Assembly (NCBI GenBank): GCA_003344405.1
Contig: NOWV01000013.1
Span: 310,001 to 374,000 of the forward strand
Reading direction: 5' to 3'
Source: Trichoplax sp. H2
Lineage: Eukaryota
DNA: 64,000 nt
Positions 49,506 through 64,000 of the stretch are shown here, in pieces (within the stretch, counting starts at the first letter, position 1; each line of letters opens with the position of its first letter). A model generated the notes under the pieces. It had not been told where the DNA came from and searched no databases. It saw only the letters and a list, made by a program, of their open reading frames with translations. Position numbers and translations under genes: made by a program.

Positions 49506-51678
49506 TCGAAACTCGCGTCGCAGATACTAAAAGTAATTAGATCCACTGCAACGAGGAAAAGATCATTTTTTCTTAGTGTTTCTTGCTATATATCCGCGTC
49601 CGTGACTAAGACTATTAATATACGATACAAATTCTAAGAATAAATTCAATTTATTTACAGATTAATGAGAATATTAAATGTATCAATCATCATATTCAAG
49701 CATAATATGATAATATGCCGAGAACTACTATCATTAACATATGTTGATAATATACAAAAATTATGTGAATAGCTATGGAACGTCCATCTATTTATTATGA
49801 GTTTCCTATAAACAATTTTCTTCATGGTATTTCATGATTATCCCACTGGTTTGTCGTCACAGCTATAGGACGAAAAGTTTATACTATAAATAGTAAAATA
49901 CTATCAATCGAGGCAAGATTCATTTTGTATTTCCCTTTCTTTTTCTATCCTTTTATGGCAAAAACTAAGAAATATATTTTAAAATAAATAATGTGAATAA
50001 AATCAATTCTAAAAAGGTCAAAAATAGATTGACAAACGCGGATAGCAGATATCAAACAGTCCATGATTATTTATTTCTATAAAGATCCAAGCTATTGAAT
50101 TACTTATTTATAACGATGACGATGTAGTGTCTATTCCGTAATAATAATATTATTAACAAATTTGCCATTATAACCAAAGTCAATGATATAACAAAGAACA
50201 TCAAAATATTAAAAATAGAATTTATAAAAAAAATTGATATTGACAACCGCATATTAGGATAAAGATACTAGGATTGAGATATTTCATTCTAGGACATCAA
50301 GAAACAGTATCATCTCTGCTCCTACTTCAGTAATTAGAACTTTGTCTTATTGGGCCTTAATAGTGCTTCTCATTCTTTCTATGATTTCTGCATCCGGATG
50401 CAATTTTTTCAAATTTAATAAATACGGATACATTAAATTGAATTTATTCCTCTGTTGACAAAGCTGCCTTATGAAATTAGAATGGCATAAGATGTTACTG
50501 CATTGAAATACTCTTTTATTTGCATCATAGAATATTAATCAATGCAATTTTATATTTTTTCTCTCAATACCATAGCGATAATGGTCAAAATTAGACCTGT
50601 TTACAATATGCGAATATTTGTATCTTTCTGTTTTTATCACTACCCAGGACATACATTTCTAAACTAGAGATCTTCAATTTACATATCGAATTTTAGATCA
50701 CAGGTATTTATTACTCTTTTATTACCATCAGTCTCCACCATAGAAGCTACAGTTACATTATATCAATATCTTAGAGTGAAAGGCAACATAAAATGGCATT
50801 TTCAACTTACAATTAAAATTTATTCCTTTAATCTAATATCCAGTTAGCCAATTACAATATCAGTGGCTAAAGGATGTCCCGATATATGAGTCATGAATAC
50901 GGATATGAGATTATGAGTTACGACAAGAAATAACAAAACAAATAAGATTTAAATATCTGTTCTCACGTCCATTAAACAATCTAGTAGTAAAAAGTATTTT
51001 AGTAACGTCAAATGAGTGATTGAAGTGAAATTATTTTCTAGTACATGATACTTTAAATCAAACTAAACAACAACCAGCTTTCAACCATTCTGTTGTAGGA
51101 TTATTATTCTTGCAATGGCAACTGAATTTATCATAAAAATATTGATTAGTCATTTAGTCGTACTGTATCACCATCCAAGCTAGTGTACCATTGGGTATTA
51201 TGAAATATAAGTTGAAAAAAGAGAGCTATAATTAATACAATCTTTAGAAATGTATGTTGAATCACTTTGAAATAAAACATTTCATTTCATTCTAATTTAA
51301 CATACAAGCATTGGAGTGACTAACATATCTCCTTCACGACTTTAGTAATATTAAGAAATAAGATACTAATCACAGATCAAGTTAGAATAGCGATTTATTC
51401 ATCAATCCCCAGTAACCAATAATTACTAGCATTAGTCCTCCCTTTCACTTTGAAAGAACTATCTATACATTTTTTAAATATTTTTTCTTACGGATTAAGA
51501 AATTGTTCATCAGCACTATTTTTAAAATCACCATTTCTATCATTAAGTATCAATACGTCATCATTTATAAGTTATTAAGATAATAACTATGTTTACATTA
51601 ATTTCAATGTACGATACTTTATACATATCGTAGGTTATACTTTTAATATATTTCAAAAAATTCTGTGAAGAAATAATG

Positions 51679-53100
51679 TTATCCTTTCTTGTTACTTGTA
51701 GAATGTAAACGTTCATCTAGACGTTGTAACGTTTGCCAAAATCCTTGATTGATTTTTATGGATGGGAAACGCCGTTTAACATGCTCATGGGCTTGCTGTA
51801 AGCGCATATTACTATGATGCATTAAATATTGAATGACAGCAGTTGGTGCGCTAGATTTACCTGTATAGCAAAAAATTAACACTCTTTTATTACGGCGGCG
51901 ATTAGCTTCAATAAAGCTGTTAATATCTTCAAGGTAAGGCATTAAATCTTCATCAGTTGAGTCACGCACTTGTATATTTAAGCGTAAGCGTGTATGCTTG
52001 TAAGGCGATGGGCACATACAAGGAATATCACGGATTTTTGAGCGAGGTACATCTTCTGGTAATAAATTGGACATATCGACCATACTTTCAATATTTAAAC
52101 GGCATAACAACGGTTCGTCATGACCGGAACGGATGTCCCCAAGAAAGATACATTCAGTAATTTGAGCCATTTTATCACCAAAACAGAAATGATCCGTAGG
52201 TAAATGAGCTTTTCGATAATTGTTATAATCGAGCAAACCTGCTAAATCTTCCCTATCCGACGTAGAAGCAACTGTCGATTTATCATTATTATGCGAAGTG
52301 ATTCCATCGTGATTATGGTTTTCATCGGCAACTGTATTAACGTTATTGTAATTGTTAGGAATAGAAACAGAAGTTGTCGCTAGAGAAGATACACTGTTAC
52401 TACCATTATTGATATGAATATGTGAAAACTCTTTGGATCGAATATGATGCGATGTATAATTACCGCCAATGTCACTATTACTACTTCCCACACGATAATC
52501 ATAAATTTCGGCTGTGATACCACTAGCACTACCATGGCTTCCATGATGACTACCACTATAACCATGTGTGGGTGCTGCTGCCGTGGAATGGCTACGTATG
52601 TTGATATTACCAACATTGTGGCTACTACCATTAGGCTGATCGAACCATGAGTTATCGATAGTTTGCTGTGATTTAAGTAGATGCCGCTTTGGACGATGAT
52701 CACGAACTAATTCTGAATCACTTCCTCCGGAAATACTAACTGAATCCATACGATCGGTAATAAAGTTTGGATTTTCTGCCGTTTCCACCATGATCATATG
52801 AGATGTTACTGTGCTAGAGATGCTAGCAAATGAATTGGATCGCGGTGATGGTGGTAAGTATTCTCCATGAGATAGTGGAGATTGCAGCCAACCATCTGGA
52901 GAGTTATCCCTATTACTTGTAGATTCGTTATTGCTTCCGCTATTACTACTATTACCATTATTTTGAAGATCTGTCTGACTTGAATGAACTCGAACATCAC
53001 TGAGCGATTTGGTGACAATTGGAATTTTTTCACCATCTCGCTCTTTTTTCGCTTCTACTGTTAGACCAATAGAATCTATCGGTGTTAATGATTTCTTCAT
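51679..53100 (-). CDS. Dual-specificity phosphatase-like protein (probable pseudophosphatase), 473 aa, single coding exon
   Basis: Long Ser/Asn/His-rich N-terminus, then a DUSP domain: MAQITECIFLG, IQVRDSTDEDL, FIEANR, VLIFCYTGKSSAPTAVIQYLM, VKRRFPSIKINQGFWQTL. Confidence 0.88.
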   Translation of the reverse strand: MKKSLTPIDSIGLTVEAKKERDGEKIPIVTKSLSDVRVHSSQTDLQNNGNSSNSGSNNESTSNRDNSPDGWLQSPLSHGEYLPPSPRSNSFASISSTVTSHMIMVETAENPNFITDRMDSVSISGGSDSELVRDHRPKRHLLKSQQTIDNSWFDQPNGSSHNVGNINIRSHSTAAAPTHGYSGSHHGSHGSASGITAEIYDYRVGSSNSDIGGNYTSHHIRSKEFSHIHINNGSNSVSSLATTSVSIPNNYNNVNTVADENHNHDGITSHNNDKSTVASTSDREDLAGLLDYNNYRKAHLPTDHFCFGDKMAQITECIFLGDIRSGHDEPLLCRLNIESMVDMSNLLPEDVPRSKIRDIPCMCPSPYKHTRLRLNIQVRDSTDEDLMPYLEDINSFIEANRRRNKRVLIFCYTGKSSAPTAVIQYLMHHSNMRLQQAHEHVKRRFPSIKINQGFWQTLQRLDERLHSTSNKKG

Positions 53101-56100
53101 CTTGAAATATATCGTATGTTATACGTCTAATATGGATTCGTATATAGAAATTTTTCAAGCCTAATATCTCCAATAAATTTCCTTCGCTACCGTTCCAAAT
53201 TAGAGCAAGACCATGAATAACAATGCGCCTTATATTTTTTCAAAGCGATAGATTGAAATCAGTCCTAATACCTTTCTAATGACAGTAAAACCAAGAATAA
53301 AAGCAACGTTAATATTTAACTTAGTTAGCAAAATTTAATAAATAATCCTTTTTAATTAATAAACAATTCATTTAGCTATTATAATCAAAACTGATAAATT
53401 TTATATCCCAACAATATTGTCCTACAGTGGTTGCTAAGATAGCAAACTTTCTTTCCCAATTCAATAGATGTACCATATTGCTAACATTTTTTTAAATTAT
53501 TCATAGGAAGGCGGATATTATAACAATTAAAACTCTTCAAACTTATACCTGTGTACTTTATTTGTCCTGCTGGAATTTAGATAATAGGGAAGCTTCTTTC
53601 GTAATTTTTATTCCTTCTATTCAACAAAAAAACCCTCTATCAGATTAACTTACAACAATAAATCTAAAATCGAATCTGTTGATTTGAGGATACTACCACA
53701 AGATGAAACAGCATTTTTTAGGCTAGATACGAAAACGTATTGCAACCACTTAAATATATACGTATACCACATAATATTTACAGTTTGTACATTAAATGAA
53801 TTTCAAGATCTTAACGTACTGTAGATAGAATATAAATTATATTATTTAGCAGTAATTTACAGTCCAGTTAATATAAAGGAATACCAAAATTGATTTAATA
53901 CATATGACCATAATAGATTGCTTGGGTAAGCTATGTACTAATTTTTTGTCGATCATTCCATAAATAAGAACTATATCTCTAAAGAAATATCTGATTGGCC
54001 TTAACTATACGTCGCAAAACCAACTTTCATGATATTTATGCCTTAGCTTATGGAAGGGTTACTAGCAAATACTGGTAGCTTCTGATATTCAAATACCTAT
54101 ACCGCGATTACATTTTAAATATGTCATATTATCTACCAATAATTAATGCATAACAAGCTATGTTCGATATTATCAGTTCATGTGTCTGATCATTTATGAT
54201 TACATATAAAAGATATCTTTTACGTTACAGCCTTTAGCTCTTTGAGCCAGTATATTATTGACGTATTTGAACCTATAATATCGTAAGATAGATTAACTGC
54301 CTAATGTAGCTCATCATGATGGCTAAATACTAGAAATAGAAAAATACTAGCCATAATAGAGAACAACAAAAAGTTCTCATGTTTTATACGTAAGTTCGGT
54401 GTAGACATTTGAACATTGGACTTATATACCATCGATATAATTAATCGCTACATGATTTTAAGAGGCTTTCCAAGTATATAATCTTCATTATAAGTAAGAT
54501 ACTTTGCGAATACAGAACCGGATTGCAATCTTAGAAGTCTATAAAACAATATTATCAATAATAACTAAGCTCCCAAGCATGATCTTCTATTCTGAAATCG
54601 AATTAGCAGTTTATTTAGAAGTGAACAATGTTTATAATACTTCTAAATAGCAATGATATTTATACGAGCTACAGTGTGTACAAGTATAACGGAATTACTG
54701 AATTTTATGTGATGTAACAAACTTGTTTCGGCTAGATCACAGTGAAAGTCCCACTATCGACTGGTAAACATGACAATACTGTCATATTGCGCTTATGCTA
54801 CGTAAGTTTAAATACATATCAACGTAATATTGAGCTTAATCATAGAATGTGCTTCAAATTCAAGGCTCTAAGATCGTAATTGGCGTAATTTAAAGGCTAA
54901 TAATATTTCAGCTACCGCACTAAATTAGCTCAAATTTGGTCCTGACCACGTTCTAATTTTGTTGAATTGATCGAATAAATATCACTATGCAAACTTATTT
55001 ATCTGTAAATGGTACTTGCAGTATCGACATAGCTTGCTAGTTTTGGATATCCCTAATGATGTGTATACTGTAAGCCGCCATAAAAAATTTAATTTTATCC
55101 TATAAATTGGTTCTCTGTAATCTAATCTCCATTCATTCGTCAATAATATATAAATTTTAATGAGAATAAACGTGTAACAATTATATAATTGCTTATAATT
55201 TGTTATAAATGTTGTTCTCTATTTAGTAATCATCGATCACCAAATGCAATATCATGTTGAATACATTACCATAACTACGCTAGATAAATTAAATCTCAAT
55301 CTATAATTGAAATCGATGAAATAGGACTTGCTATGTATACATATATTGGTTTTTGATATAGCGTTTAAATGGAGATGGGCTTGAACATTTATTTAACATT
55401 ACCTTTACTCATCGCTTACTCTAAACTAAAATTACGTGGCTACATCTCATGCTGCACATGGCGCAGACAAAATAAAAGATCTTGTAACGGCACGCTCCTT
55501 CCATAGCTTTTCAGAAGTAGCTAATAACTCAGGTTATATTGACTGTATGAGTAAATCGCGATACATAATTTAATTTATTCAAAAACGCAGGTACGGTATA
55601 TGAATCCGTTGTAGCTAGTTCTTAAAGATAGCGCTTACTCTGATATAAACGGGATGGCCTCATATACCACTTCTTATATCATGATAAGCTAACTAGTCGA
55701 TTACTGTGATTAAGAAATAAAAATATGTTAGGATAATGCACTAAAATTGGAACGATAATATTGCCTTAATAAGGAATTTATTAACGTTAGATTGAAATAT
55801 TAAAAATTAGACTATTTTTTTTTTTATCAAGATATTACCTTGGTATCAGGTGAAAACTTTTTCTCGCTACTTTAACTAGTGATTGTCGTATTTTAATTTA
55901 AATTCCATACATTATATTTACTATATTGAACTTAGTTATTATTTAAATTCTTACGTCATTAATTGGTAATATAACTCTGATAATAGTATCCCATTACTAC
56001 ATAAGGTAGATATCTTCATTGGTTTTATGGTATCTCAAAGTATTTACACTGCTGCCTTGGCAAATATTTTAATTATTCATCATAAATAGATTAATGCCAT

Positions 56101-59100
56101 GCAATCTTAGACGATATCGTATGATTTTAAGCTACTTTGCACTTGCCAATCAAGGGTAACTTATAATACTTAGGATATACATTCTGTAATTTAGAAAGAT
56201 TTACGTATAATTTAAAGTATATTTACCTAAATATTGGCTATTAGACTTTTCACTTAGAATACTAATAGATCGCAACAATCATCTTACTATTTGGCTTAGG
56301 CAGGTGTTAAATATGCTGTCGATTATGATTGTCACCTTACATATTCATGGTAAATTTAGGTTAGATCTCTCAGCTACACAATTTACGTTACATCACATTC
56401 GCTTCGAAACTAAATTGATATTTATTTTAGCGTAAACATCTTCAGCTTATGAAAATTGCAAAAAAAATTGTGGCCTGCAGCGTCTTCAATACATGCTATG
56501 GATCCTAATGTATTAACATTATGAGAAACCTTTTTAAAGCAGTTATTTAAGAGCGGAACCAACAACGACTATGAATACTACTAATTGCATTTCCTAATTT
56601 CTGATAATAGCTATTAAATATACTTCATTTACAACTCGCTAAGGCCAAGGAAAAGTAAAACTCATACTGAAGGCAACCATGAATATATCGAAACTACGGT
56701 ATATAACAACAGTCTTATTGAACTTCAGCTGAAAAAAATTGTTCTTAATGACTGATCAGATAGAATTAAATTTCAGTTAGTGTCTCTATGTTTTTATTTT
56801 ATCTTAAAACAATAGTCTAGAATAAAATGTATAAAAATTAATTCTATTAGGAATTAATGCAATATCTTAAGTTATATAGAGATATTGTTAATGCGATATT
56901 AAGGTGTCAAGAGGTTTCTCATGTTCCTTAAGCGGTAATTTACTTGGTCAAATTTATAGCTAACGAACTAGATAAAATAAAATTACACAAATTTAAATTA
57001 AAATTAATTTATTGTATTGTGACTGTCTATAATCTAAAACTATAATTTAAAGCGATCTCTAGGTTTAATAATCTTGAAAAGATCCATATGCACTGTCTAA
57101 TTACCATCCTTAACATTAAGGGAATGATTTTTTTACCTGATTTATGGACTCTTATGAACAATCTTAAATTAGCCCAGGTTTATGGCTTGATACAATAATT
57201 GAATTAAACTACTTTCTATCTTAATATTCTTTCAATTAGCGGATTACAGCAACGCTATTACAGTTTTTCAACTGATCTATTAATATCGTATCCAATAAAT
57301 TCTTCATTATCCACTGCATGAAGATAATACCAAATTATGACTGCTCACGATTAGGTAAAAAACTTTAATTTATTGGCATGATCGCTGTCACTATATTTTT
57401 ATTACAAAATTACCCTTACAGGATGCTCTCTTCGAACTTTGATTCTATATATTGAAAATTATTCTCACTATCATGTTAAAATTTTATAGAGAAAGGAAGC
57501 AAAACATGATCACGGCTTAGCTCTAGCGTAATTCGTTCTTAACTAATTAAATATTGAAAGCACTTGTGTCATGTCGATAGAAGTACCGCTTTAGATAGAA
57601 TTTAGCATAATAAAATTGTATACTGCAATAGTGCGAATGAAATAAAATATTTTTACTCTAAATGTGAGGTATTCGGAATTCTTATTCTTCAAAAGCTAAT
57701 AACAATAATATAATCTCATAATTGCTTATTCGTTAGTTGATATTAAAAGTATTTAGAAAATTAAGTATATCAGTTATAGAAAAACTTTTGGCTAATACCC
57801 AATCATGCATATATTAGAAACAAGTATTGCAGCAATATTGAGAATTGAAAGCACTACCGATAAATTTATCGATGCTTTAAGATATATTTTGTGTATGAGA
57901 ATTGGAAAACATTAATGCACTACTATTAATCTTTATCATCATTTTGGATAACTTCTTACCAATAAATTTATAGTACATTAAGGAATTTTCTAGCCATAAC
58001 GTATGCAGATGTCAAAAATAAAGTTGCTATCGTAATAAACTCTCTTTCCTATAAGTACCCGTTGGTATCTTTCAATGCCAAGGCTATAAAATAACATCTG
58101 ATAGCTTTATAACGAATAAGATACAAATCTGTGCGAGATCGATTACAGAAGTTGGATATAAATCAACAGCTAAAACGTGTAACTTGCCCACGAAAGGCAC
58201 ACCATTTATTTTCAATATATCTAACATTTTTATGCTATAGATAAATTAATAGAACTAGAAAGTTTATAAGTTATTTTATATGTGGAATTTCTTTGAACTA
58301 GTTGAAGAATAGAAAGGATCTTCTAATATATCATAGGATTATTTAATAGGCAAATAGGATATTGGTAGAGTTTCAAGTCAAGCTACAACCCTTTAGAAAT
58401 AGTGATACGAAAAGATGTAAATGCGTTTGTCTAAATGTTATTATTCAATTACCATGATGTTAGCGTACATTTATCCTATCTGTGCCAATTGAAATATAGT
58501 TATATATGTATACGTAGATATTACTAAAATTAATTGATATAAATATTTTATTGTAGTTAAAATTTATCCTGAGCAGTAAAATTGGTGCATACTTAGTTAA
58601 TCTGTATACACAAAGAGGATAATTAAGTTTTAAAAGTAGAAGAAAAAATACCTATCAGGGAGCGCTTGTACGCGTATATAATAGAGATGAGATGTAGTGG
58701 AATGAAGTCTTATAAATTTTTGAATATGGAGGTATTTTTAAAATTTGCCTACAATATGGGTGTGTTTTAACGGTGGTGTAGAATATATGAGTGTATAGCT
58801 TTTATGGCTGTATTTTGTGAAACTATAAAATGATTAAGCTAATGTTATGATTTAAATATCAGATAGAATTTATGCAAAAATTGATATCAGTGCTTTTGCC
58901 TTGGTTAAGAGTGCTAATACTAATGTTGCTTCCTATAGTTGAAATACAGTATACTTAAAGTGCAATGATTAAGGAACACGATAAGATCTGTCGATTCAAA
59001 TGCATTATTTACTTGCCGTCGGTATTTCCCTTAAATCAATTAATTTACTGCTTGAATTTTCAGTGTAATGAATAGAATTTTAAATAAAAAGTACGTCATC

Positions 59101-62100
59101 ATATCTTAAATCATTAAAATTTCAAGTGTTTCTATTTTTATTACTAGCTTTCTCCTCTTAGTTTAGTCCAGACGATCAAATCAATCTTCATTGGCAAAAC
59201 AAATATCAAAATAACGGTCTAATTTAAATTTTCCTAAACTAGTCTATAAATTGTGATATTACTTAGGCGAACAATCGTGCCGCTCTATTATAGAACTTGA
59301 TGTGCATTCGAATATTGTTTTTACTTCCTTTATTTATGTCAGCGAAGTGAATTATTAAAAAGATTCTCTTTCCTATACTTTCGTAACATCTCCAGTTGAA
59401 CACTTTATAATAAATAGTTTGTTCTAATTTGCTTCTGAAATGTTATCCATTTTAATGGTGGCAATTCCTCTCGTTGAAGAGTTATAGTAGTATATAGTAA
59501 CATATACGTTAATAATTCAGCGTTATTCTTTGTCAATAATGAAATTGCTGACAGAGTACACAAAATCGTTTTAAATTTTCATCATCTAACAATTATAATA
59601 GATCAGATCACTCTTGTAAAAAATTGAAGAAAAAGTGATGGATATATTCTTTTTTCTCTTTTATAAGTCATAAAAAATAGAAGTTATACGTATTTGAAGA
59701 GTTTCGTTATAATTTTTATACCAGTTAGTATTCTTTTGATTATTGCATCATTACTATAGTATTGTTAGTACCAATAATGGCTATTAGAAAAGTTGGCTCG
59801 ACTACTCTATAGTAGAATATTGAACAGTGACTTCGTTATAATAGGAGTGTGTCACAAAACAGCTTTGCAACAAGATAACGTAATGTACGATCAATAAGTC
59901 AATTTCTTGAACTACGTATCAAGGAACGATATCTGCACTATCAGAAACACTTTTGCTCTACTAGCAGACTACACAAAAACTTAGACGCCTCGTATTTTAC
60001 GTTAAACTCTAAGTTTAAGAATCCACTTTATTACACGATATACTGCATTTATATACTCTTCCTCAATAGTTCATGAGTCCTAGTTAGTACGATTAACTTT
60101 GGAATCATTCACTGAATTAGATATTAATTATAGCTACTGTTCCCTTAATGCAGACAGCAGTATTTACGAACATAGACATCTGATGACTAATACAGAATAG
60201 TCAGATTACGATATGTCCTATAAGGGAACATTTCCACGATAATTTACAATCTACCATAAGTAGGTTACAATCACAATGATTCGAACTGTAAGTAGATGAT
60301 TTGCATTCCCTACTATAACTATTAATTTCAGTATGTGTCTATGTGCCACTGTCATAAAAGTCAGTGCTATATTAAAACACAGTATATCCAAATTATAAGT
60401 TAACTAAATAAGGATAGGCTAACAGAATTGTCATAACATAGATATTTCTACTCTAATACAGTATATAACACTGTCACAGAGTGATACTTTTTGCTTAGAG
60501 TTTCTTCCATTATATTGCAATCTAATATAAGTTTGTAGAATAGTAATCATCGATTAAGGCTATCATGTTATCTGTGTATTATAAGAGAAAAAAATTAAGT
60601 CAAATAAAAAAGTTTTTGAAGAGGTTCAAATGTTACAAAATTAATTTATTTTTATCGTCTCGTTTTATTGTTTCAATATCGATGCTGTAAGTACGCCTGA
60701 CAGTAATTAGAAATGGATATTAAGACTATATGCTATTGCTCATATTAGCTTGATTAACAATTGAAATTAAATTTAAATTTACTGTAGCTAAAGGCAATAG
60801 GATGTAGAATGAATTTTCACTACTTTAGTGTGTATAATCTAAACAGAAATAGCAAAATAATAATGTTTTATCTTAATAGGTCTCGATCGTTTAAATAAAT
60901 TTTGGATACAATATGAACCTATTGAGTAGGCTATAAGGAATTGGGAAAGATTGGTGCAAGGTTAAAATTAAAAAGCAACATAACGGTAAATAATATTTAA
61001 GATGGAGAACTATAATTAATGGAATTAATTAGGCAAAAGTAATATTAGCTGTGTCTAGCAAGGAATAACTCTTTGACCATGATAGAGCTGCTACTTATTG
61101 ATTTAGACAACGTAGTCAAAAGCAAGATGACTATTATTTTTACTTTACAGAAGATAGTTCTACCATTGCTAAAATTATTAACTACATCCATGAATAAATT
61201 AATAGGCCTTTGTTAATAATACCCTCCATGATATGCAATATAGGAATTTCTACTTGATTTTACTCTTTACTTATTTTCTTTCACAAGAATTTAAAGTGGT
61301 GTATACTTAATAAAGATTGTTTTGTATGATATTTTTATTAGTGACGATTATTTGGAAAATGCTTTATACGAGTATTGAGAGAATAGCATCGTTACCCAAG
61401 GTATAGTATTCATTTTCAGACTGGACAATTTTTATTTAAATTTATTTCTAGTCGGTGTTTTTATTATTTAGTTTACGAACCTGGATTTTTTTCTTCTTTA
61501 AATTCTTGAAAATTGAAGCATTGCCAAAGCGAATAGCAATTCCTTTACTGTTATAGCCTATCTCGATGTGATTGAATAATTTTGTTCCGAATTTCAGTCT
61601 TGATTAGATAAGTAGTAATAGTAATATTTTCACTAGTTAACCGTTCAAACTGTAGCAGGAGTATTTATTTCGTTGAATTGGATGAATTAGTTCTCAAATT
61701 TTAGAATAATAATAGTAGTATAAGATATTTTAGGCAGAACAGTTAAAGAGTTATGATGGGAATAGAGCAGAATAGAAGAGAGATAAATTTGAGTAGACTG
61801 CGAGTACAACAAAGTAATTGTGAAAGTTTAAAAAAAAGAAGAATACAATACTGGGTATATTGTTGTGTATTAAATCATCTTTCGATATAAAATTTATTGG
61901 TCCGGTATTGATTCTATTATCATGCGTAGTTTATATAGGCCCAGTATTAACTTGATTGCTTTCTAATAACGCAACTCTACAGTACCTTACTTTGGGTTCC
62001 TTCAGACTACCCCCTGGTACTCTACTGAAATCCACTTGCAAGAGTACCGATTAATTTTCAATTTTTGATGGCAACTGTGGATTTTTTTCTGCTATCGTTA

Positions 62101-63755
62101 TTGATTAAATGATAAATCCTTTTGACTACCCAATGCATTAAATAGTACAGTAGAGCACAGTTGCTATAGAGACCCAGAGTACGAATCTATGCCAAGGTAC
62201 TGTAGTCGATGTACTGTGGAACTGCAATTGTTCTGAATACAGCATCCCCAAAAGACCTTGAGGATTTTAGGGCAATTTTGAGGGCTTCGCCTTTTTTCTG
62301 AGAGTAAATACCGGTACATTCTCTCTTATCGGGTCTTTACACTAAGCTACTCACAAATTTATATCACTATACATACTTATATAGTAATAGACTTATTATT
62401 ACTAGAGTGATATTGATTTCGGGTGATTTCAGTCTGATACCGTACAGTACTGTAGAGTACGCGTATATCCTCTGTAGTCATTATGACCGGCTTAATTATT
62501 ATGCCGTGGTGGATGTTAGATATAGGATTTGGGATAGATTTTATGAGGAGGAGATCACTTATGCAAGGACAGATATTAATATAGTCTTGAAGAGCTCCAG
62601 AAGATGGACTAAACTTATCTGATACTATAGATTCCCAGTATACTGTATATAGTATGAACTATATATATGAACTATATACAATGGAGCAGTTCACTGAGCT
62701 CTCTGCTATGGAGTGGTTAGAATATATCACTAGTCAATTGGCGACTGCTTTGCTAGCCGTTTTAAAGACTATTTTTCTTTTTTAACTTTAGTCCCCACGC
62801 ATTTGTATGGTTTCATAAATAGTTTAATTTATACCATATAATTAGTGTCGATTTTACTGGTCTCGACCGCACTATATACTACTATGATACCTGAAGCAAC
62901 GAGACAGTCATACAGCAGATTTTTCCTCAATTTTGCGGTACTAGCTCATATATAAAGAATATGTCAGCTTAACAAATTCAGAGATAAGTTTATCCATTAA
63001 CAGAAAAATAATTATAATTAGCTTAGAGACGTCAAGAGAGTAATAATTGTTATAATACGTTAGGTATACACGTATACCAGACTAGAAAAAGAAAAGTAGA
63101 CAGACTTGCAGCAGAAAAATAATATAATTAATTAATTCATTAATAAGGATATAGTATATACAGTGAGTCGGTACCATGTCAAATCGTCATTTCACGAAGT
63201 TGCTAAAATTTAAGAAAATTATCTAAATTTGTAAACTATATGCTTGCCTGACTCTAAATGAAACATGCTCGTAAATTTAGTAACAGATAGTCCCTAATTC
63301 CCGTAATTACAGTATACGCATATTAGAATACAGTAGTTACGAGTATATGCCTATAGTACAGTATGATTGTTAAGGGACAACCATGAAGTGTGTTAACGAT
63401 GGTAGGAGGATAAGGAATAGGTTTATTTGGAGATCGACAAGAAGTAGATAGGTAGAAGGTTTACGGAGATGTAGGAAAAGTTTGCCGCAACCTGAAGGAA
63501 ACAGAATAATTTATCCTTGTTATTACATTGCCTCTACGGGTATATTGTAACTATAATATTAAACATACTGTATGACGATCAGTATATAATAAGGTGTTGA
63601 TACATACTGTACGTCCATCCCGTACGCCTGAAACTTGGCCTGCATGACATGACCAAGGACTACTGAAAGAGAGAGAGATGGACATTACTGTAAAGCACCA
63701 AGGATAGGAAGGAGACTGCAAGATCAGCCCTACTGCTAGACTGGGAAGCTTGCAA

Positions 63756-63875
63756 ATGGCAACGAACTTGCTGTCAAATATTCATCGAGGTTTATCTCAG
63801 CCCTATACAGATACACAACTTATTGGTGGAGACTATTTTTACTATCACTATGGTTGCGATGGTGTTCATGATCAG
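63756..63875 (+). CDS. UFSP1: UFM1-specific protease (peptidase C78), first coding exon; gene continues beyond the window
   Basis: MATNLLSNIHRGL..LIGGDYFYYHYGCDGVHDQ|gt matches the UFSP1 YxYYHYGCDGxxD motif that immediately precedes the catalytic GWGCGYR. The short N-terminus argues for UFSP1 rather than UFSP2. Confidence 0.82.
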
Positions 63876-64000
63876 GTCATTTTTAATTCAGAAATTTTCC
63901 TACTTCATGCTCATGCTTCTTCTGTCGATGTACAAGTAATATAGCACAACTTGACAGCATGCAAACGAAATGTTTTGATATACAGTACAGTAGGCTGCTA

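Noticed and set aside
51957-53036. Alternative-frame and antisense ORFs within the DUSP-like CDS
   Set aside because: Shadow ORFs of a low-complexity coding region with no independent protein signal.

Overview
AT-rich eukaryotic (animal) genomic DNA with many short GT-AG introns. The compact structure and TACAGT-rich promoter tracts suggest an early-branching animal such as a placozoan, which is inference only. Hand-splicing supports nine genes: USP6NL/RN-tre RabGAP (+, 5'-partial), YEATS2 (-), a divergent BCL-2-family protein with no transmembrane anchor (-), a PhoD-type alkaline phosphatase (+), TNPO3 (-), GSKIP (+), an EFCAB6-like EF-hand protein (-), a dual-specificity pseudophosphatase with a single coding exon (-), and the first exon of UFSP1 (+). 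The best novelty candidate is the BCL-2-like locus: BH4, a 27-bp repeat encoding arrayed AKT/PKA-type sites, a degenerate BH3, BH2, no TM, and an apparently ATG-free multi-exon leader built from duplicated exon units. Other leads are the DUSP lacking its CX5R arginine, a hairpin-bearing ~240-bp tandem array, and exon-like relics. Splice models were read by eye and no database searches were run.
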